A stretch of 64,000 nucleotides of DNA. It comes from an uncultured bacterium. Lineage in GTDB: Bacteria > Patescibacteriota > Patescibacteriia > CAIQCM01. The notes beneath the pieces are model-generated. The model did not search any database and had not been told where the DNA came from. It saw only the letters and a list, made by a program, of their open reading frames with translations. The stretch spans positions 1,061,443-1,125,442 of the forward strand of contig OY970181.1 in NCBI GenBank assembly GCA_963708045.1, written 5' to 3'. Both the position numbers and the translations under genes were made by a program. The first letter of the stretch is position 1. Each line of letters starts with the position of its first letter. This document shows, piece after piece, positions 50,684 through 58,908 of this stretch.

Positions 50684-50734
50684 GGCTCCCCTCGCTTTCT
50701 TTGTTTGTAACCAAAAACATCAGCTATAAAAAAG

Positions 50735-51073
50735 CTACACGTTTTCGCGGTTTTTGTCAATAACCGCGGAAGACGCTTTCATCAAAAAAGCATTTAACCT
50801 GTCTTGAACAACTTGCCGATCTTCTGGCGTTCCAATCTTCATCTCATCCATAAAACGAAGCACCGCTTCGTGATCCCCTTTTTCTTCCATTCTTTCCACC
50901 TCTTTTAAACCAAAACGCTGAATGATTATTTCAGGAATGCCAATAAGGCGCGCTTTTTGAATCGTGATGATCGGTACGTTTTCACTTTTAAGCGTTTCCC
51001 ACGCTTCGCGATCATACCCGACTTCTAGCTGAATATCAATTTCTTCTTCTGGTAGTCCATCATCTTGAAACAT
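50735..51073 (-). CDS. Hypothetical protein
   Basis: 112-aa acidic ORF. Confidence 0.5.
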   Translation of the reverse strand: MFQDDGLPEEEIDIQLEVGYDREAWETLKSENVPIITIQKARLIGIPEIIIQRFGLKEVERMEEKGDHEAVLRFMDEMKIGTPEDRQVVQDRLNAFLMKASSAVIDKNRENV

Positions 51074-51303
51074 AGATTGCTGATTAGTATTTTAATATTA
51101 TTGCAAAATGTTTATTAAAGTTTAACATAAAACCCGCGCCTTTCACTAGCGCGGCGCACATAGTTGACAAATCTTTTCGTTACTGTATGATGTTTCGTTC
51201 AGATGGATCAAGCGACAAAAGGGGGTTGTTGCTTAATCCAAGCACATTCCACCCCCTTCGCAATCAGCCGAAAGCTGGTAGATCCATTTCCTAGGAGATT
51301 CGA

Positions 51304-51690
51304 ATGCACCCACAGTTTCAGTTTCGCCCGATGAACGAAATGGTCATAGTCGTCTGCGCGCCTCATGCCGACCAAGCCGCGGTTGATACACTACTTCACG
51401 AAATCAACCAAGCGGGTTTTGACGCCACCTACGGCGACAGCACGATCAGCACGCCCGCGATGGTTATGAGGACGAAACCAATCGGCGCCGTCTTTGTTGG
51501 TTCGCCAGGATTTCTGATCACGCAGTTCCACGCGCAAAACCCGCAAGTCGCGGTCGTTGCCTTTGGGACGCGCCGCTCGGACGTTCCCGGCAAGATTTGC
51601 TGCCTTAGCAGTCCAAAAGCGATCGCTATGAACCTTGAGAGAAATATCCGTCGCGCAACACCCAGAACAACGTTGCACGCCGCGGCATAA
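51304..51690 (+). CDS. Hypothetical protein (degenerate receiver-like alpha/beta fold possible)
   Basis: Own promoter TTGACA-16-TATGAT at 51164, structured leader, SD AGGAG, downstream hairpin. Confidence 0.65.
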   Translation: MHPQFQFRPMNEMVIVVCAPHADQAAVDTLLHEINQAGFDATYGDSTISTPAMVMRTKPIGAVFVGSPGFLITQFHAQNPQVAVVAFGTRRSDVPGKICCLSSPKAIAMNLERNIRRATPRTTLHAAA

Positions 51691-51850
51691 AAGTCCCGCT
51701 CTTCTGCAAATTAGCGTCCACACTCCCTTGGGAGCGTGGACGTTTTTAATTTACACAAACAACGAACAAGATAAGAATATTGTTTATAAAAAAATGACGC
51801 CACCCCGAGAAATTCTCAGGATGGCGTTAGGAAGTGTGGTCGTTGGCGTT

Positions 51851-52690
51851 CTATGGTGCCGAGCGTACCGATATGATGCTTGGTGCGCCACAGGAATTAA
51901 TCGTTCCGCAGCCGGAACAATTTCCATTGTCGCACTTCAGACAACCGTCAAAGACGGTGGTCGTTTCGGCCTGCGTGCAATCCGGATTGATCACCATTGT
52001 TGTCGTAATCAGCTTGTGAGAACAGGTCGTCGTGTCGGCGGGAAGGGTGATCACAAACAGCCCGTTCGCGTACGTCGTTGACGCACTCGCCTGACTCATC
52101 GTGTTACACGTCTGTCCCGTAAGCGGATCATTCTTAAGGTATGGACCCATCACCGATGTAACGACATATTGTCCTGGAAGAGACTCCGTAACCACCATTT
52201 TCGCAGCGGTTCGTGCACCACTCGGACAACCCGAAGGCCCCAGATCCGCAATCCATGTTCCAAGCGGGCAAGCCAAACCGGTCGTAGTCGTCGTTCCTGT
52301 GCCGGTACCAGTATTTCCGCCACCGGAGTTTCCAGTCTTGCACGCCACGCCGCATGATGCCGCATTCATACAACTGTTGAGCGCATCAAACGCGGTCGCG
52401 CAGTTCGCGCCGTCTTGCCCAGCACAGGTACTCATGCCGCCGTTAGTGCTGCCCGTGGCGCACGAGCAGGTCATCAGATTTGGGCATTGTCCCCCATTGT
52501 AGTTGCCGGTTGCGTAGCCCGAACCAAAAGCCGCCACTGCCTGACTATTGCACGACCCTGCAACACAGGCAACGCACGCCGCCGAAGGCAAACATTGTTG
52601 CTCTGTCGTATTGCCGGGTGCTGGGTTGCTGTTCCCTGAACCGCAACCAATAACGAGCGTCGCTAAAACGTACAAGAACCCTTTTCGCAT
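51851..52690 (-). CDS. Cys-rich lipoprotein (myxobacteria-like)
   Basis: SD GGAGG before MRKGFLY; lipobox LVIGC; many Cys; GTGTGT linker. Confidence 0.8.
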   Translation of the reverse strand: MRKGFLYVLATLVIGCGSGNSNPAPGNTTEQQCLPSAACVACVAGSCNSQAVAAFGSGYATGNYNGGQCPNLMTCSCATGSTNGGMSTCAGQDGANCATAFDALNSCMNAASCGVACKTGNSGGGNTGTGTGTTTTTGLACPLGTWIADLGPSGCPSGARTAAKMVVTESLPGQYVVTSVMGPYLKNDPLTGQTCNTMSQASASTTYANGLFVITLPADTTTCSHKLITTTMVINPDCTQAETTTVFDGCLKCDNGNCSGCGTINSCGAPSIISVRSAP

Positions 52691-52697
52691 TAGAGAA

Positions 52698-52842
52698 CCT
52701 CCAATTGACGACAAGCCGAGACAGCAAAGCTATCCCCAAGTTTATTCACTTGCCGCTATCTCTGAAAAATCAGAAACAGGCGCAAACAAAGAAAATTAGA
52801 ACGGTTAAAAAATACAACCTTTCTTGCAAAATGTCAAGATTG
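52698..52842 (-). promoter_or_regulatory. Duplicated promoter plus 5' leader, copy 1
   Basis: About 145 bp highly similar to 54065-54210; TTGACA-17-TATTTT through to SD GGAGG. Confidence 0.85.
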
Positions 52843-52937
52843 AATGAAGCAGAGGGATGGCGGTGTATGTCGTAAGTTAAACCTATGACATTAAAAAAGC
52901 GCCACCCCGAGAGGCCGGGGCGGCGTTGAATTGATCC

Positions 52938-54056
52938 CTAGTTACGTTTCACCACGCAAAAGACCACCCTATCGCCGACCATAACAGCTACAACACTATA
53001 CAGCTTGCCGGAAGCATCAATAACGAGGGAGGCGTAATCCATACCAGGGCGGCCGATTTCGCTCCAGGTGGAGCCGTTCCATTCGGCCACAAAGAAATGT
53101 CTGTCAGCGTCGGTAGATTCTCCCATGACATAGATGTTGCCGCTCATAGGATCAATGGCAATACTCTCAATTCCACTATTCGCATTCATGATGCCAACTT
53201 CGCTCCAGGCCATGCCATCCCATTTTGCCAAGTATCTTGATCCACTCCACGAATTGACCCCATTAGTGAAGCTACCACCAGCATATATATTGCCACCGGC
53301 ATCAATAGCGAGGACATCGATGTCGTTATTTGCATTAAGGTTGCCAAGTGCACTGACAGCGTTGCCATCCCACCGAGCCACATACTTGTATCCACCCTCA
53401 TCAGTGGCGCCATTGGAAAATTCTCCTGCGGCATATTGGATACTGCCCGACGCATTGGTTACGTAAGTTTTGATACGGCTGTTCGGCGCGAATCCGGTAA
53501 AGATGGTGCTCCATGCGGTCCCGTTCCATTTTTTGTTGCCGTTATAAACATTGCCGACGGCATCGGCGATAATATACAAGGTGCTGTCGCCGCCCCTGAT
53601 TTCGCTCCAGGCCGTGCCATCCCACTTTGCCATAAATTTGTATCCATCAAAATCATAAAAATCTCCGACGGCATAGACATTGCCAGCAACATCGGTAGCA
53701 ATGGAGAAGATGGTGCCATTTGCATTAAGGCTGCCGAGCTCACTCCATGAAGTGCCGTTCCATTTGGCTACATACTGGTATCCGCCGGCATTGGTGAAGG
53801 ATCCTGCGGCATAGACATTGCCAGCAGCATCAGTCGCGAGTTTCCAAATCGCGCCATTAAACGAAGTACCCAACTTGGCCCATCCAGTGGGGATGCATTC
53901 CCCATTGCCACTGTCATAGGAACCACTGCTGCAGAATTCGCCGTCGCCAACACCTACTCCACCACCGCCATATCCAGGATCGTCGTTCGGCGTCTTAGTC
54001 AAACTGCAACCTATGGTCAACATAACGGCAATAATCAAACATACCCAGTTTCGCAT
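52938..54056 (-). CDS. Lipoprotein with beta-propeller-type repeats (GNVYAxGxF...AKWxGxxWSELG)
   Basis: Lipobox LTIGC; about 6 repeats. Confidence 0.85.
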   Translation of the reverse strand: MRNWVCLIIAVMLTIGCSLTKTPNDDPGYGGGGVGVGDGEFCSSGSYDSGNGECIPTGWAKLGTSFNGAIWKLATDAAGNVYAAGSFTNAGGYQYVAKWNGTSWSELGSLNANGTIFSIATDVAGNVYAVGDFYDFDGYKFMAKWDGTAWSEIRGGDSTLYIIADAVGNVYNGNKKWNGTAWSTIFTGFAPNSRIKTYVTNASGSIQYAAGEFSNGATDEGGYKYVARWDGNAVSALGNLNANNDIDVLAIDAGGNIYAGGSFTNGVNSWSGSRYLAKWDGMAWSEVGIMNANSGIESIAIDPMSGNIYVMGESTDADRHFFVAEWNGSTWSEIGRPGMDYASLVIDASGKLYSVVAVMVGDRVVFCVVKRN

Positions 54057-54064
54057 CTTGGTAT

Positions 54065-54210
54065 CCTCCAATTGTCAACAAGCCGAGACAGCTAAGCTAT
54101 CCCCAAGTTTTTTACGCTTGCCGCTATCTCTGAAAAAACAGAAACAGGCGCAAACAGAAAAAATTAGAACGGTTAAAAAATACAACCTTTTAAGTAAAAT
54201 GTCAAGATTG
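54065..54210 (-). promoter_or_regulatory. Duplicated promoter plus 5' leader, copy 2
   Basis: Matches 52698-52842. Confidence 0.85.
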
Positions 54211-54377
54211 GCTAATATAAAAAATCCTACTTTGATCAGCAGTATTTTGTACAAAACACCCAAGGTTCAAGTTGTAACAACGGTGCTATTTTATAATATT
54301 TAAAAAAGGTCGGGTAAGCGCTATAAGGCGCAGACCCGACCTTGGTAGAATCGATAACCCCGATTTAGGGTTCTTCT

Positions 54378-55010
54378 TTATCCAGGTACACGAACGAGCT
54401 CGCGATAGCGCTGAACGATCTTGAGACCCTCCAAGTCTGGACAAAAACTCGCAGCATGGTCAATGGCACCAACATTGACAAGTGTGTCATCGTCAAGTGC
54501 GAGCGCTGGGATTGCGTCGGTCTCACCATGCTCCAGCTGGCGGACTAATCCTGCTCTGATTTTGTCCATCTCGTCAAGCCAGTCGCCGCTCGTGGAGTAT
54601 AGATTGCGAAAGATGACAATGACATCATCGCTGTGCACGACCTCCTTGGGCTTGGGTAATTCTTCGGCCCACAACCAAGTCAGGTAGTCGCGGAAGTCTT
54701 CGTCGGTGCCCTCGCCTGGTGAGAACTCATCAAAGAGCCGCACCAAGGTGATCGCCTGAACGGTCGTGGCAACCTTGGAGAACGCTTCAAAAAGGTCGTT
54801 GAAGTTGATCATGGGGTGAGTGAAAACAAACTCCATGCCAAGCTCGGAAGTGAGAACCAAAACCGCGAAGTCAGTGAACTTGTTCTCCTTTTTGAATCTA
54901 TCCACGAGCCGCTGCCAACCCCACACTGGAACCATCGAACGGTACTCCTGGTTTTGAAAGGCCCTAAACCTCTCAAACAGATACTCCCTGTCTCTCTCGT
55001 TTAGTTGCAT
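54378..55010 (-). CDS. Hypothetical protein
   Basis: SD AAGGAGG before MQLNERD; promoter TTGACA-17-TAATTT at ~55067-55095. Confidence 0.7.
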   Translation of the reverse strand: MQLNERDREYLFERFRAFQNQEYRSMVPVWGWQRLVDRFKKENKFTDFAVLVLTSELGMEFVFTHPMINFNDLFEAFSKVATTVQAITLVRLFDEFSPGEGTDEDFRDYLTWLWAEELPKPKEVVHSDDVIVIFRNLYSTSGDWLDEMDKIRAGLVRQLEHGETDAIPALALDDDTLVNVGAIDHAASFCPDLEGLKIVQRYRELVRVPG

Positions 55011-55188
55011 CTCTCTGCCTCCTTTTCTAAACTCTTGATGCTTTTTCTTTTCACACCAAGCCGTAAAAATTAACAAAAAACAACACCTATGTCAAGTCAC
55101 GACGCCAACCATTTTTGGAGTGACTTAATTACAAAAACACCAGTCCAAAAGGACTAGTGTTTTTGTAGCGGTTATTAATATTAGAATA

Positions 55189-55635
55189 TTACTTCTCGAG
55201 CGCCTTTTTTAATTCACCGATGACTGCTTTTTCCCAGTACTTCATTGAATACCAGCGGATAAGCGGCGTTGCGACTATGCGTAGCCATGCCTTATGAATT
55301 GAAACGCGATAGGTGTAATCAATTAAAGTTCCTTCGAGAGCTTTGGAAAGTCGCACCTCTTCGTGTCCGGAAGTTCCAAATTTTAAACTGTCGTTGTCCG
55401 AAATAAATCCTTCCCCGGGAAGAATGTTTGTTTTCATTTGTACTGGAAATTTTTTGCCGAACGATCTGACCATTGCTTCCATTTCTAAATAATTTCCTTC
55501 TCGTTTCTTCACCTGTACCGATTCGGCAACCTTTGGGAAATACTTAGGAAATTTCTCAAAGCCTGTCATCATCTTAAACACATCTTCAATAGGCGCTTTA
55601 ACAAGCCACTGATCGTGAAGTGTAATTTCTTTCAT
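55189..55635 (-). CDS. SRPBCC/polyketide-cyclase-like protein
   Basis: VKAPIEDVF...FEKFPKYFP..ESV. Confidence 0.8.
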   Translation of the reverse strand: MKEITLHDQWLVKAPIEDVFKMMTGFEKFPKYFPKVAESVQVKKREGNYLEMEAMVRSFGKKFPVQMKTNILPGEGFISDNDSLKFGTSGHEEVRLSKALEGTLIDYTYRVSIHKAWLRIVATPLIRWYSMKYWEKAVIGELKKALEK

Positions 55636-55644
55636 ATTTATATA

Positions 55645-57018
55645 TTAATATCTTGCCGGGCAACCCTTAAGGCGCGACGCGAATTCTTCCAAGTATTTCG
55701 GGTTTATGTCGTAAGATGTGAAAGAACCGCCTATATGCGCTTTATTTCCAAGACCTTCGATATCAACCGCATGCAGCAATTCATGAATAATGGTGTTCTC
55801 ACGCCACACGCTGGGATCAGTTTTTGACATATTGGATGCGTTAATACTGTGACAGGCGTAGATTTGCCGTTCCGGCGAGAACTCACAAACATCCGCTGGA
55901 TTATTCCGGCATTCGCCCTTCGTAGGCTTATCACTTACTCTTTCGTTTCCCGGAAAAACCATAAAATTGTAGCCGCAGGCACCGACCAGATGATCCCAGT
56001 CAACGAGAGCAATGGTCGCATGACGCTGAGCTTCGGAGTTGGGCATCCAAAACCCAAATTCATTGCAATACGCAGTATCGGCCGGCGCCGGCACCCATTG
56101 CGAACCTCCGCCCATGCTCCAGCCGGAGCCCATCTTAGAAAAGACAATGAACGCCTCCGGAGGATCAGACGTGCGCAAGTATGCGGATGCCCAATTCACC
56201 ATATTTAAATATCCTTCGTCGGCGGTGATCTCCGTTCCGAACGAAACGCGGATTATTTTCTGCAGTTTCAATTTCACGCTCGCCCTCTGAGACAACGAAA
56301 GCTGCACACCGCTCATGACTTTAAGTACATCATCGTCGGAAAGGTAACCAAAACCACCCCACCGATGGTTGTCCTGCAGATAGGTTGAAGTATCGATGAC
56401 CACGAGGGCATCCAGAGCGTGATCGTTCTGGGCACAGACCACGTCCGCGGATCCACAAGGAGGTTTCGCAGGCTGAATGGCAGGAGCGGAGGTTGGGGTG
56501 TTAGGACGTGGTATGACATCTAAGACGCCAAGGTCGGCCAATCTCCCTTCTTCAATTTTGTTGAGGTCGCTCGCGTTTATGCCCAAACCCAAGAGTCGCA
56601 TTGCATGGTAAGCCACCACTCCATCCTTAAGATACATCGCGCGGCATTTGGTCGGATCGACATACCAGGCTTCGCCATGCTGTTGCACCTGCAGGAGAAT
56701 GCGACCCTTCTGCCGGTTGGCGAACGGATTAGCCGCGCAGGCCGAAGACGAGGCGTTCATGGCCGCCGCGTCGGCAACAACAGAGATCTTTGAAAGGTCG
56801 GCGTCGGTGATGCCGAGCCCGGATGAACGCATCAGCTCAAATGCGACTGAACCATCCTTGAGGTAATAACGCCGCGAATCCACCGGATTAACATACCAGG
56901 CTTCGCCATGTTGTTGCACCTGCAGGAGGATACGGCCACGTAAACGTGCCGCCAAAACGGAATCATAAGCACTCACGCCGGTTATGGGAACAAGCGATAA
57001 TCCCATGGCTGTTATCAA
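55645..57018 (-). CDS. Secreted protein: two GRILLQV-GEAWYV repeats plus an HEXXH zinc-peptidase-like domain
   Basis: GRILLQVQQHGEAWYV twice; IIHELLHAV...GNKAH; start uncertain. Confidence 0.8.
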   Translation of the reverse strand: MITAMGLSLVPITGVSAYDSVLAARLRGRILLQVQQHGEAWYVNPVDSRRYYLKDGSVAFELMRSSGLGITDADLSKISVVADAAAMNASSSACAANPFANRQKGRILLQVQQHGEAWYVDPTKCRAMYLKDGVVAYHAMRLLGLGINASDLNKIEEGRLADLGVLDVIPRPNTPTSAPAIQPAKPPCGSADVVCAQNDHALDALVVIDTSTYLQDNHRWGGFGYLSDDDVLKVMSGVQLSLSQRASVKLKLQKIIRVSFGTEITADEGYLNMVNWASAYLRTSDPPEAFIVFSKMGSGWSMGGGSQWVPAPADTAYCNEFGFWMPNSEAQRHATIALVDWDHLVGACGYNFMVFPGNERVSDKPTKGECRNNPADVCEFSPERQIYACHSINASNMSKTDPSVWRENTIIHELLHAVDIEGLGNKAHIGGSFTSYDINPKYLEEFASRLKGCPARY

Positions 57019-57067
57019 AATAAATAACCGTGCGACTTTTTTTAGAGATTCAGTAAGTAAGTGCGTA

Positions 57068-57514
57068 TTATTGGATTAACAATTTTCTTTGAACCATTTC
57101 GTTGAACAATTTAAAATTTTTGCCGGATAATTTCAGCCTGACAATCCCCGCTTCCGACCATGACTTTTCTTTACCGTTGGGAAAAACGATCGTGCCTCCA
57201 ATGATCCCTTTCTTTATTTGTATTTGTGCAAGCGTGTTTTTTGAAAAAACAAAATGCTGCATTGAACCATTCAAGACAGCATCAAGGTTTTGTTTCACCG
57301 CCTGTTTTGAATCATGCGACGCGACAATGTCGCTAACCACGCTCGCCACTACCAAAAGACCACTGCCTACGCCCACCCCCACCGCCGATCCAGTTTGGAC
57401 AAAATAAATACTGTCGCCTGTTTCCAGAATCGACCAATAGGCCATGGTTACAATTCCGGAAACTTTTATATTCGCGATCGTTGAAAGAATAGCTTGCTGA
57501 TTAGTTTCTATCAT
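57068..57514 (-). CDS. Hypothetical protein with Gly-rich hydrophobic segment
   Basis: 148-aa ORF in operon. Confidence 0.6.
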   Translation of the reverse strand: MIETNQQAILSTIANIKVSGIVTMAYWSILETGDSIYFVQTGSAVGVGVGSGLLVVASVVSDIVASHDSKQAVKQNLDAVLNGSMQHFVFSKNTLAQIQIKKGIIGGTIVFPNGKEKSWSEAGIVRLKLSGKNFKLFNEMVQRKLLIQ

Positions 57515-57557
57515 GTTGAGTAATAAAATAATAACCTCTTAAAGACTCGCGTGTGAT

Positions 57558-58061
57558 TTATTTTTTCTTCAGACCCCAATTGGCCGTAAACGGAACCCAA
57601 GCTCTGCTTACCAATTGATATTTAGCATAAAATACGACTCTCACAAAAGCTAATCCGACCAAAATCGTTAAAATTATGACCAAGCAGATGGTTGCGACAG
57701 TATCGGTGCGAGCGTTTTCCGGATTTTTTTTATCATAGACAACCTTCTTTGTATCTCCGACAACCGGTCTAGTTAATGGGAACGGAGAACTTTGGATGTA
57801 GTATTGTTTCCCGTCAGCCGCAACAAAACTGATACCCATGAGGATATCGCTTCCCTTGGTAGAAGCGCGCTTCTCTATACCAATGATCGTCCCCTGCGCC
57901 GTCGCGCCATTCGCATCAAATAAATAAAGTTGGCTAGCCCAATATCCACCCCCAACAATGCTTATGATACCTAATATTCCAAAACCTATTCTTACAAACA
58001 ATCTGACTGGTTTGTAGCCGTACAGAGGCTTGTTGGAAGTGCGTAAGGTCAAATTTGACAT
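57558..58061 (-). CDS. DUF3592-like membrane protein
   Basis: TM - AQGTII...F.AADGK...VGD...VVYD..NPE.AR - TM. Confidence 0.75.
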   Translation of the reverse strand: MSNLTLRTSNKPLYGYKPVRLFVRIGFGILGIISIVGGGYWASQLYLFDANGATAQGTIIGIEKRASTKGSDILMGISFVAADGKQYYIQSSPFPLTRPVVGDTKKVVYDKKNPENARTDTVATICLVIILTILVGLAFVRVVFYAKYQLVSRAWVPFTANWGLKKK

Positions 58062-58317
58062 GTTCGTATTATACCAAATTTACAAACCATGTCTCGTACC
58101 GATGAACGAGTAGAGACAAAAAATCACCCTTTTGCGGAATACGCAGTGGCCAATATTGACAAAAAGCTAATTTTATAGTATCCTACTCGGTTATCGGTGC
58201 CCTGCTGAATTACGAGAGAACCCTCTCTTAATTCAGAAGGTCATCGCCAAATTTGTTATCACCCGGCTTAACGGGCGACAGAGGCGGCATGATTCTTCGC
58301 CGAACAGGAGAACGGAA

Positions 58318-58728
58318 ATGGAAAACAGATATCTGCGCGCCGGACTAGCGACCAGCGGACAACTGTATGGTGAAAAAGTCGTGCCCGAACATCGCGACAT
58401 CACCATTGGGTGTTCGGCAAAAGCCGACTACGTAATCCCTGTCGGTCAAGACACACCGCTCGCGGCACAACACGTACTTTTCAGGCACACGAGCGAAGGA
58501 TATTTTCTGCAGACCACAGAAGAAATGACCGGTTCACTTGCCAGTGACTCCGAAACGCCCCGACAAATCACTGACCTTTCCAAGACAGCTGACCGCAAGA
58601 ACGGTTTCTACCAGATTCCGCTCGGCGACAACGCACGAGGCATGATCAAGATCGGTCAGGTCAAAATTCTCTTCCAGGTTTTAGAGTACACGCCACCCGC
58701 GGAGAGGGCGAAGAGAGCGCACAGTTAG
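58318..58728 (+). CDS. Stand-alone FHA-like domain resembling the N-terminus of myxobacterial GltG/AgmX-PglI-type proteins
   Basis: LRAGL..SGQL..EK, ITIG.S, LF...GYFL..TEEMTG.L, IPL...ARG.IKIG.VKILFQ; own promoter, SD CAGGAG, terminator. Confidence 0.65.
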   Translation: MENRYLRAGLATSGQLYGEKVVPEHRDITIGCSAKADYVIPVGQDTPLAAQHVLFRHTSEGYFLQTTEEMTGSLASDSETPRQITDLSKTADRKNGFYQIPLGDNARGMIKIGQVKILFQVLEYTPPAERAKRAHS

Positions 58729-58908
58729 AACAACACAATAACAATCTCGCAACCCTGCACACGGTGCAGGCAACACTCCTTTGTGATGAATTCATAGAGG
58801 AGTGTTTTAATTTATCAAACTTTTTACCAAACCAAAAAACACACAGAGCAATGACAGCCCATTTTTTAGAATGACTTGATTACAAACGATTTGAATTTAT
58901 TAGGGTCA

